Shown here: piece by piece, positions 29,513 through 37,801 of the stretch
Layout of the letters: every line of letters starts with the position of its first letter
Numbering within the stretch: the stretch's first letter is position 1
Origin: an uncultured Syntrophomonas sp.
GTDB taxonomy: Bacteria > Bacillota > Syntrophomonadia > Syntrophomonadales > Syntrophomonadaceae
Direction of reading: 5' to 3'
DNA: 64,000 nt
Assembly (NCBI GenBank): GCA_964457945.1
Contig: CAYWFX010000003.1
Span: forward strand, 99,642-163,641
Made by a program: the position numbers and the translations under genes
Notes under the pieces: generated by a model
Told to the model about the DNA's origin: nothing
Databases searched by the model: none
What the model saw: only the letters and a program-made list of their open reading frames with translations

Positions 29513-31684
29513 CTAGCTGACCTGCCTTAGCGCAAACTCATAAAACAAACCCTTTTTCTCCATAAGCTCCGCAAAATCACCCTCTTCGGAGATTCTTCCC
29601 TTGTCCATTACAATGATTCTATCGCAGTTTTTAACGGTTGATAGACGATGAGCTATGACAATTCTGGTACAGCCCAGCTGCGCCAGGCTGTCTGCAACAT
29701 GCTTCTGGGTAATATTATCCAATGCGCTAGTCGCTTCATCAAAGAGCAGAATTTTGGGGTTTGAGACCAGTGCCCTGGCAATAAGTATTCTCTGGCGCTG
29801 TCCCCCGGATATGCCGCCGCTGCCCTCGCTAATTAAGGTGTGCATGCCCATGGGCATAGCCTTGATGTCTTCCTCTACCCCTGCCATGTTGGCTGCCCTC
29901 CAGGCATCGTCAAGGGTGCTCCAGGGCGAAGCGATGATTATATTAGAAAATATATCCCCTGAAAAGAGCTTGCCGTTTTGCAGAGCAGTTCCGATGCATT
30001 GACGCACTGAACGAACATCCAGAGTTTCCAAATCTGATCCGTCATAATAAACGGAACCCGCTTCTGGCTTCTCAAAGCCCAGCAGCAATCGCATGAGGGT
30101 TGATTTGCCGCAGCCGCTTTTCCCGACTATGGCGATGTATTCACCTGGGGTTACCTTTAAGTTTATATTATCAAGGGTGATCGGTCCGTCTTGGGTGTAT
30201 CGAAAGGTGGCATTTGATATTTCAATATTGCCGGAAAGCGCAGTAACAATCTGTTTGCTGGCGTCTACTTCAGGGACGGCCTCAAAAATAGGTTGGACCA
30301 TTTCCAGAAGCGGCTTTACGTTGGCAATGGTCATAATCACACCCGCCAGCGACATTATTGCTCCGCTGACGGCACCGTAGGCAATATTGAAAGCAATGTA
30401 GTCGGATTGGGAGATTTTATTCAGACCTGCAAAATAGTAGAGCAGCATTACGCCTCCTAGGGTAAGGGCTCCCGTTATTGCGGCGTTAAGCCGCAATAAC
30501 AGTGGAGGTGAAAACGTCAACCTACCGGTTTCCTTATATACCGCTGCCCATTTGGCAAAGGCTCGTTTTTCAGCGCCGGCCAACTTTACCTTTTGCAGAC
30601 CATTAAACAGCCCAAACACCAACCCGCTCATTTTCGCAGACAGCTTCATCTGTTTTTTAGATAGTTTTTGCTGCCATAGACCTGTTAAGATCGTAAAGAC
30701 ACACATGGTGATAATGACCAGCAGACCTGGAATAACCAGTGTCGGCGCAAAGCTTCCCATCTGAAAGATATAAACAAAGGAAAATAGAACTGAAAGCCCA
30801 GTTGTCAATACTGTATCCGAAAGCATAGAGCAAAGCTGATTAATACTCATAGCCCGGGTGCTTAGTTCCCCTGCCGTAAAATCTTTGAAGAAGGCTGCCG
30901 GCAAGGAAAATATCCTGGCCATAGCCGCGCTCTGCACAGAGAGGTTTATTTTGTCACGCAGCCTGGTCAAAACCAGGTTTCGTGTAATCCCAAACAAAGA
31001 CGAGCCTATAGCCACCCCAATTAAAAGGCCTGCTACAGGGAACACATCGCTTTTGGTTCCGCTGGGAATCACGTTGTTAAAAATCTGCTTGTTTACAAAA
31101 GGTATAAAAAGTCCCAGCAGGCTGACCAACAGGCTGGCACCAAGCACAAAAGCAATATCCGCTCTGGTAATGGAACGGAGAGCAAATAGACCCAGGTCCA
31201 GCAAATTAATTTTTTTGGCAGGCAATGCTGGGTAAAAGCAAAAAGCATCAGTATCCAGCTTTAACGCTGTTTTCCTGTTGACCTTCACCCGCTTTCCAGA
31301 CTCCCCATCGTAGAACATATAGCCGGATGGAAAGGCCGGAAGTATGGCTACCGCATCACCTTCTTTAGTACTGCCCAGCAAAACCCCGGTAGTATCCCGC
31401 CACCATTCCCCCACTAATTCCACACGCCTTCGCATCATCCCAGATGGACACAGCATATATTCAAGGCGGGCATTGATATCCTCTATTTCATCCGGCACCC
31501 GTGTTATTTTAACCCCGAGAGCAGACAACACCTCATTAATAGCGCTCTCTGCTGCCAACTCTTTTCCCTCAGCCAGCGTTTTATCCCTATCGTCGCCAAT
31601 GATGGAAAAAAGGTCCGAAAAGGCATTATCCATGGCCCTATTATCGTTTTCAAGACGTTTTTGCAGCTGCTCGCTGAATGCCAC
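29513..31684 (-). CDS. Bacteriocin/RiPP export ABC transporter, permease+ATPase, no peptidase domain (NHLM-type ABC2-like)
   Basis: 723 aa. About 150 aa of N-terminal extension, 6 TM helices, Walker A GKSGCGKST, signature ISGGQRQR, Walker B LLFDEATSALD. Confidence 0.85.
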   Translation of the reverse strand: MAFSEQLQKRLENDNRAMDNAFSDLFSIIGDDRDKTLAEGKELAAESAINEVLSALGVKITRVPDEIEDINARLEYMLCPSGMMRRRVELVGEWWRDTTGVLLGSTKEGDAVAILPAFPSGYMFYDGESGKRVKVNRKTALKLDTDAFCFYPALPAKKINLLDLGLFALRSITRADIAFVLGASLLVSLLGLFIPFVNKQIFNNVIPSGTKSDVFPVAGLLIGVAIGSSLFGITRNLVLTRLRDKINLSVQSAAMARIFSLPAAFFKDFTAGELSTRAMSINQLCSMLSDTVLTTGLSVLFSFVYIFQMGSFAPTLVIPGLLVIITMCVFTILTGLWQQKLSKKQMKLSAKMSGLVFGLFNGLQKVKLAGAEKRAFAKWAAVYKETGRLTFSPPLLLRLNAAITGALTLGGVMLLYYFAGLNKISQSDYIAFNIAYGAVSGAIMSLAGVIMTIANVKPLLEMVQPIFEAVPEVDASKQIVTALSGNIEISNATFRYTQDGPITLDNINLKVTPGEYIAIVGKSGCGKSTLMRLLLGFEKPEAGSVYYDGSDLETLDVRSVRQCIGTALQNGKLFSGDIFSNIIIASPWSTLDDAWRAANMAGVEEDIKAMPMGMHTLISEGSGGISGGQRQRILIARALVSNPKILLFDEATSALDNITQKHVADSLAQLGCTRIVIAHRLSTVKNCDRIIVMDKGRISEEGDFAELMEKKGLFYEFALRQVS

Positions 31685-31702
31685 TGAATTCTCCCCCTTA
31701 AG

Positions 31703-33847
31703 CTAATTGCTAATTAGTGCGGCATATTTACCGCCCATTTGCATTAGCTCTTCATGCCGGCCCCTTTCGGAAACCCCGCCTTGGTCCAATACGATGATCT
31801 CGTCGCAGTCCCGAATAGTGGAAAGCCGGTGGGCCACAATAATCAAAGTAATCCCCCTTGCTTTCACTGCTTCCATAATCAGCTGCTCGGTTTTGGCATC
31901 CAATGCGCTGGTGGCCTCGTCCAGTATGATAATGGACGGTTCCTGGGCCAGAGCCCTGGCTATTTCGAAACGCTGCCGCTGACCACCGGAGAAGTTTTTG
32001 CCGCTTTCCTGGATTATATGGGAGTATCCTCCCTCCCGCAGCATAATGTCCTCATGAATCTGGGCATCCTTACAGGAGGATACAATGACAGCCTCATCAA
32101 TAGATTGATCCCACATGGTAATATTATTTTCAATAGTATCCTCAAAAAGCACAATGTCCTGATCTACTACTGCCAGTGAACTTGTGAAGATACTCCGGTT
32201 GATTTCATTTTTAGGTAGTCCACCAAAACGAATTTCGCCGGACCATGGCTGATATAAGCCAGAAATGAGCTTGGCCAGTGTTGATTTGCCGCTGCCTGAA
32301 CCACCTACTAAAGCAACACTCCCACCCTGTAAAAGTTTAAGGGAAAAATCCTCAATTAAGGGTGGTGAAAGCTTGTTGTATCCGAAGGTAATATTTGCCA
32401 TCTCAATTTGTCCCGTAAGTTTTTCCAAGCATGTATCATCCAATTGGTTCTGTTCATTATCATCAACATCCGGCTGGTAATTCATTACATCCTCCACCCG
32501 CTCCATCTCTGAGCGCATCTCAATAAATGATTGTCCCACTCCCACCAGCTGATTGACTGGGGACAGGAAGGAGGATAAAAAGCCCTGGAAGGCTAAAAGC
32601 ATACCAATCGTAAACTCTCCGTCTAAAATAAGGTAAACGCCTATCATCAAAACAACGGTATTTGCTATCTGCTGTAATAGCGAAGGTATTATGCTGTAAA
32701 ACTGGTTGGCTTTAGCGAAGACAACCTGGGCATTCCCCTGCTTGGCAAAATACCCAGACCAGCGTTCAAAAAACCCGTTTTCCGCACCCGACGCTTTGAT
32801 GGTTTCAATCATCTCAAAGCCAGACATAGTGATACCTGCCAGCTTGCCGCCATCGCGCTGCATAACCCGACTCATATTGACCCTTTTCTTGGATACCATT
32901 CGCAGGACCAGCATATTGATCAGTGCGGCTCCAATTCCTACAAAGGATAACGTAACACTGTAACTAATCATCACCCCCAGGTAAAGCACTAAGAGGCATA
33001 CATTCATAAATATAGGTGCTATTTGGCCGATCAGGGTGGCGGCAATTGTTTCATTGCTCGCTTGCCTGGAGGCAATATCTCCGGCAAACCGTTGGGAGAA
33101 AAAATCCACCGGCAGGCGCAGCACATGCCACATAAAGGAAGCATTCGCTTCTATGGCCAGCTTGCCCTCGATTTTAAGCCAGTAAATACCCTGAATGATG
33201 CTCACCACAAACTGCAAAATGAGAACCAACAGCATAGCTCCAATAAACGGCATCAGCCACTCCGGGTTTTTACCCGATAGGATATTATCCATAAAAACTC
33301 GGGAGAAAAACGGGGTAATTATGCCAATTCCTGCTGTGAGGATACCGGTTAGTATTACAAAGGCAAAAGCTGCAGCCGTACCGCGCAGCCGTTTCTTCGC
33401 AAAGCCCCAGACGCTTTTGGGCTTGCCCTCGGCCACAAATTCCTCAGTTTTTTCAAAACGCAAAACTATTCCGGTAAAGCTTTTATCAAACTCCTCCAGA
33501 GTTACTTCAACTATGCCCCTGGCCGGATCATTCAACACCGCCTTATCCTTTTTAAAACCATTTAACACCACAAAATGATTGAAATTCCAGTGGATAATAG
33601 CAGGCAAAGCAATATCCCGAAGAGATGAGGGTTCCATACGGTAACCTGCAGCCTTCATTCCATACGCTCTTGCAGCCATTAATACGTTTTTAGCGCTGCT
33701 GCCGTCCCGGGATACACCGCAATCTGCGCGCACCTGCTCCAGAGGCAGCCATTTTCCATGATAGGCCAGTATCATACAGAGGGACGCTGCCCCGCACTCC
33801 AGGGCTTCCATCTGCATGACCACCGGCACTTTTATAACTTTTGACAT
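31703..33847 (-). CDS. Bacteriocin/RiPP export ABC transporter with N-terminal C39 double-glycine peptidase domain (NHLM-type ABC1-like)
   Basis: 714 aa. C39 catalytic region QMEALECGAASLCMIL...HFVVL, Walker A GGSGSGKST, signature FSGGQRQR, Walker B IILDEATSALD. Confidence 0.9.
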   Translation of the reverse strand: MSKVIKVPVVMQMEALECGAASLCMILAYHGKWLPLEQVRADCGVSRDGSSAKNVLMAARAYGMKAAGYRMEPSSLRDIALPAIIHWNFNHFVVLNGFKKDKAVLNDPARGIVEVTLEEFDKSFTGIVLRFEKTEEFVAEGKPKSVWGFAKKRLRGTAAAFAFVILTGILTAGIGIITPFFSRVFMDNILSGKNPEWLMPFIGAMLLVLILQFVVSIIQGIYWLKIEGKLAIEANASFMWHVLRLPVDFFSQRFAGDIASRQASNETIAATLIGQIAPIFMNVCLLVLYLGVMISYSVTLSFVGIGAALINMLVLRMVSKKRVNMSRVMQRDGGKLAGITMSGFEMIETIKASGAENGFFERWSGYFAKQGNAQVVFAKANQFYSIIPSLLQQIANTVVLMIGVYLILDGEFTIGMLLAFQGFLSSFLSPVNQLVGVGQSFIEMRSEMERVEDVMNYQPDVDDNEQNQLDDTCLEKLTGQIEMANITFGYNKLSPPLIEDFSLKLLQGGSVALVGGSGSGKSTLAKLISGLYQPWSGEIRFGGLPKNEINRSIFTSSLAVVDQDIVLFEDTIENNITMWDQSIDEAVIVSSCKDAQIHEDIMLREGGYSHIIQESGKNFSGGQRQRFEIARALAQEPSIIILDEATSALDAKTEQLIMEAVKARGITLIIVAHRLSTIRDCDEIIVLDQGGVSERGRHEELMQMGGKYAALISN

Positions 33848-33961
33848 AAGGATAGTTCTCCAGTTTCATTGTTACGTTGCAACGATTAGATCCCTAATCA
33901 TCTTTACCCTAATAATTGCTAACCACATCTTGGTCTTTGTCCGCCTGATTTGTTGTTCTGT

Positions 33962-34402
33962 TCAGCTAAAATACCCATATTCGCAGCTCACACATCGATT
34001 CATCGAGGCATAATGAGGATGATATTCATAGCCAGGACACACATATTTATCGCCGTTTCTCGTCGCCATCGCTTTTTTTATGTATTCTGGGTCCTCAAAT
34101 TTACTGCAGTGTATGCACCCAGAATAACGCATTTGCCCTTCGCCCCCAACCACCTGATCCAGATCCTCATCGGATAATTCTCCTTCCTTGAGAGATGCCT
34201 GAAACTCCTTCAATTCATCAATGCTAAATTCAAAGCCGGCTCCTTTAGCTATAGGTAGAATTTCGCGCTCAAATAATTTGTCTTTTTCCGCCTCTTCAAG
34301 TGTTTGCAGCTCACCTTTACTAACTACATCCACATACTTGCTCTTTAGATCACTGTTCATCTCCATTGACATAAAAAACCTCATTGCATTTTCTTTAGAC
34401 AT
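33962..34402 (-). CDS. Nif11-type leader RiPP precursor A (87-aa leader ending VVGG, 59-aa Cys/Tyr/His-rich core)
   Basis: The leader MSKENAMRFF..LPIAKGAGFEFSIDELKEF..LSDEDLDQVVGG matches the Nif11-like leader pattern. The GG codons are at 34142..34147. The core, at 33965..34141, is EGQMRYSGCIHC...CVSCEYGYFS. Confidence 0.85.
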   Translation of the reverse strand: MSKENAMRFFMSMEMNSDLKSKYVDVVSKGELQTLEEAEKDKLFEREILPIAKGAGFEFSIDELKEFQASLKEGELSDEDLDQVVGGEGQMRYSGCIHCSKFEDPEYIKKAMATRNGDKYVCPGYEYHPHYASMNRCVSCEYGYFS

Positions 34403-34459
34403 AAAATATTCCTCCTTTTAATTGTTATTCAATCCGCTTTTATTGAAAATCTCTGAGAA

Positions 34460-35353
34460 CTATTTCAACACCAATTCATATGGTCTGTAGTCTTTAACCA
34501 CAATCAACATATTGCAGCTAGTTCCTATGGAAAGCGGTGTGCTTTCACCTTTTTTGCTGGACCATTTGATTTTATTCTGGGATTCTGGATCAACGGTAAG
34601 AGTCACCCGCACTTCGACACTGCTTTCCTCGGGCATCAGTCCCTTGGCATACTGCATACTGCCAACTGCTGACAACACATCCGCTTCTGATACCGGATAA
34701 GTGCCAATGTTGGTGATGTGTCCAAGCATATAACCATATTCTTCACGAGGTGCAAAATCAGGAGATACCTGTACTTCCATCCCCTCTTTAAGCTTTTTCG
34801 CGGTTGAGGTTGGAATATAACAGATGATCTGCTTGTCATCAGCATATTTTTCCTGCTTGACGATTCCGGCAATAGCTTCGGTAGAAGAGACCGTTTCATT
34901 GACAGACTTAACTGAAAGAACAATCCCTGAAACAGGGGATACAATCAGGGAGCGGCTTTCATATTCGCTGGTCAAGGCAGAAATCAGTTTTTGATCGGGC
35001 TGGACATTATCTTTTAATTCGTTCAGCTGTTTTATGATATTTTCCTGAGGTATAACAGCAATAATCTGGCCCGCTTCTACAAAATCGCCAACTTTAACCC
35101 GCATATCGCTGATACGCCCACCAGCTGATGGTATAACCGCACTAGCACCACTTTGTGGAAATATCACCCCTTTAGCCCTAACGCTTTCGGGGATGTTTCC
35201 GTAATACCCCCAGAAACACACGGCAATCAGGAGGGCAAGACAAGCCATAAGAATGCTCCAGATCCCGGGATTTGTTATTTTTATGTATTCATTAAGCCTC
35301 TCCGGTGAGGATATGCGTTCCAGTGAAGATTTTCTGAAGATGCTGGGTTCCAT
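34460..35353 (-). CDS. HlyD-family secretion adaptor of the RiPP exporter
   Basis: 297 aa. N-terminal SSLERISSPERL box, a single TM helix, and barrel/lipoyl-like motifs (VKVGDFVEAGQIIAVI). Confidence 0.85.
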   Translation of the reverse strand: MEPSIFRKSSLERISSPERLNEYIKITNPGIWSILMACLALLIAVCFWGYYGNIPESVRAKGVIFPQSGASAVIPSAGGRISDMRVKVGDFVEAGQIIAVIPQENIIKQLNELKDNVQPDQKLISALTSEYESRSLIVSPVSGIVLSVKSVNETVSSTEAIAGIVKQEKYADDKQIICYIPTSTAKKLKEGMEVQVSPDFAPREEYGYMLGHITNIGTYPVSEADVLSAVGSMQYAKGLMPEESSVEVRVTLTVDPESQNKIKWSSKKGESTPLSIGTSCNMLIVVKDYRPYELVLK

Positions 35354-35652
35354 TCCGTCCCCTCCATTTTCCTAATTTGCCCTTTCTATAGATGCGAGTT
35401 ATGTCTAATCTTGTTCTAAAAGGACGAATAATGTTCGATATGTAATTTTATTATATACGAATCAGATTTATATTGGGGGAAATATCTATGCCAAAAAACC
35501 ACTGGAAGTGCACGGCCTAACGGATCACAATAATTTAAACATTTGACATCTGCCTGTCACACACAAACAAAGTCGCCCCAATGCCATGAATTAAGAAGCG
35601 ACTCTATAATCTCATCATTAAAATACCTATTCTTGAAAAAAGATTGGTAACA

Positions 35653-37050
35653 TTAAGAGGGTTTTAGATACAACTGTTTTATTTTATCTTCATATTTATT
35701 CTTAAAGAAATAGCAGGTATATTCGTCGCAGCCAAGGTACTCATTGCAGGAAATTAGAGCTCCTGCACGGCATCCGCCGCCGCAATACAGTTTGTGCTCA
35801 CAGGCACTGCACTTTTCATTTGCATTCAATAAATCAACTAGCCTTGTATCGATGCGCCGGAGGTAGGTGGAATCGGACAAAGCCTTTAACAAGCCAATTT
35901 CCATGATATTCGGCATCTCCTCCTGGATTGGCATGCCTGTCAATGGAATGCAAGGCAGAAGCTTTCCGTCAGCGGCAATATACATCGTATTACGAGCACT
36001 ACCGCAGATGGTCTGTCTAAGCATTCTTTCGCTTCCATCAAATTTTTTACAGGGAATGTTGTAGTTGTCACTGCCTTTCTTACAATAAAAAAATCCACCC
36101 AGCATTATATTTATCGGTGCACCGGCACTTCTGTACTTCTGGATAAAGCCCAGATAGGCCTCATATATCTCCCTGACATCCAAATTATATTGACCCTGCT
36201 CTTTCAACCACTCGCCGGCATCACTTGCCGGGCTGACTTTCCAGCTTCGTACTCCAAGTTCAGCCAACAGGTAGAGTGTGGGTTCCAACACATGAATGTT
36301 TCCTTTATGCACCGCAGTCTCAATGCCAACTGGAAAGCCGTGGGCCCTCAGCAGCTTTATTGCATCAACCGCTTTTTTTTCAGCTCCGTCTACACCACGC
36401 ATCCAGTCATGACAACCCACACCGTCGAAGCTCAGGTTGAATTCCGGCTTTACCTGCCTTTTTTCCAGTTCTGACAAAAGAAGCTCGTCGACCAGTACTC
36501 CATTGGTATAAATCTGACTGATGACTATTTTTTGGGCAAGCAAAGCATCCACGATACTTAGAAAATCTTTGCGGACGAGAGGCTCGCCTCCGGTCAGGGA
36601 TACTTTACCAATACCGGCTTCTGACAACTGCTGTACAATACTCATGCACTCACTGTAGGACAGTTCACCGTACTTTGCCTGGGGTGCAGACATAAAGCAG
36701 TGGCGGCAGCGCAGATTGCACTTTCCGGTAATGGACCAGTGAGCCCGGGTAATAAACCTGCTTGGTATATACCGGTACTTCTGTTCCTCTTTAAGCTCAT
36801 CAGCATAGCTGTACTCATCTAATATACCTTTTTCATTTAAATCTCTGATGATATCCTTGTGAATTGGCAGTATAAGGGGGCTTTCAGTATCCATTTGTCC
36901 ATCGCAAAATGAAACTGCCTGAAAACTTATATCATCAAGAAAGGAGGTTTTGCCTGTTTGTGTATCCTGTATAGCATAGGGAAGCCGCTCCCACCCCCTG
37001 AGCACAAACCTATCCTTAAGCTTATAAAACACTTGGTCCATTCCTTTCAT
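35653..37050 (-). CDS. Radical SAM / SPASM-domain peptide maturase
   Basis: CNLRCRHC (CxxxCxxC) at about residue 110, SLTGGEPL, and C-terminal auxiliary-cluster cysteines (CGSARN.., CSACEHKLYCGGGCRAG). The roughly 100-aa N-terminal domain could be a leader-recognition element. Confidence 0.85.
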   Translation of the reverse strand: MKGMDQVFYKLKDRFVLRGWERLPYAIQDTQTGKTSFLDDISFQAVSFCDGQMDTESPLILPIHKDIIRDLNEKGILDEYSYADELKEEQKYRYIPSRFITRAHWSITGKCNLRCRHCFMSAPQAKYGELSYSECMSIVQQLSEAGIGKVSLTGGEPLVRKDFLSIVDALLAQKIVISQIYTNGVLVDELLLSELEKRQVKPEFNLSFDGVGCHDWMRGVDGAEKKAVDAIKLLRAHGFPVGIETAVHKGNIHVLEPTLYLLAELGVRSWKVSPASDAGEWLKEQGQYNLDVREIYEAYLGFIQKYRSAGAPINIMLGGFFYCKKGSDNYNIPCKKFDGSERMLRQTICGSARNTMYIAADGKLLPCIPLTGMPIQEEMPNIMEIGLLKALSDSTYLRRIDTRLVDLLNANEKCSACEHKLYCGGGCRAGALISCNEYLGCDEYTCYFFKNKYEDKIKQLYLKPS

Positions 37051-37068
37051 AAAAAGTAACGCAATTAA

Positions 37069-37112
37069 TAAACCTTCAAACTAAATAAAAAATCTATCAG
37101 TCTGAAGGTTTA
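37069..37112 (-). promoter_or_regulatory. Stem-loop between precursor B and the rSAM gene (possible partial terminator/processing site)
   Basis: AAACCTTCA ... TGAAGGTTT is a 9-bp perfect stem with an A/T-rich loop of about 26 nt. No clear U-run follows. Confidence 0.4.
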
Positions 37113-37168
37113 TAGATTAAGCGAAACAGTTAATGGATTGCTTGACGGGTTTCCTATTTCCCTCAAGT

Positions 37169-37564
37169 TTACCCAATGCCAGCAAGAAAACAAGAGCAAT
37201 ATTCATCGTCACCATCATCAGGAGCTGAACCACCCCCGGCTAAGCCACATACACATTTACCACCTTCGCCACTCGCATAGCCACCAATTACACATCCACA
37301 ATCGACACCGCCGGCAACTGCTTCCAGTTCATCATCGGAAAGCGGACTACTAGTTATTTCCCTGGCATATTCCTTCAATTCACTAAGAGTAAATTCATAA
37401 CCCGCCTCTTTGGCAATAGGAATTATTTTGCTATCCAGAATTCCGTCAAGTTGTTCCTCAGTGGAATTTTGATCAAAACTACCATTGATTACTTTAAATT
37501 TTGTTTTTAGGGCTTCGTTTTTTGCAAGCTCAGTGTAGAAAAGTTTTACATTTTCCTTTGACAT
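37169..37564 (-). CDS. Nif11-type leader RiPP precursor B (leader ending AVAGG, 45-aa Gly/Cys-rich core with three CxC motifs)
   Basis: MSKENVKLFYTELAKNEALKTKF..IPIAKEAGYEFTLSELKEY..LSDDELEAVAGG. The GG codons are at 37307..37312. The core, at 37172..37306, is VDCGCVIGGYASGEGGKCVCGLAGGGSAPDDGDDEYCSCFLAGIG. The start is placed at the second ATG so that both precursors begin MSKEN. Confidence 0.85.
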   Translation of the reverse strand: MSKENVKLFYTELAKNEALKTKFKVINGSFDQNSTEEQLDGILDSKIIPIAKEAGYEFTLSELKEYAREITSSPLSDDELEAVAGGVDCGCVIGGYASGEGGKCVCGLAGGGSAPDDGDDEYCSCFLAGIG

Positions 37565-37801
37565 AAGTTTCCACATCCTTTCGAAGTTTAGGTTATTTTA
37601 TTTAGTTCTTCATTAATATATAAAATTCCTTTTATTTCGAAAGATTCATTGTATTTTTGTGTCGTATTTAACATTATAATGTCGCAAAATAGTATTTAAG
37701 TAGCTAGCGATGCTCTCTATATCTGTAAAAAAATATGGCACGGAGGGCACAGAGGTTTCTAAAAAGTCGGTTATAACAACCGAAAAGCCATGAGATAAGT
37801 G

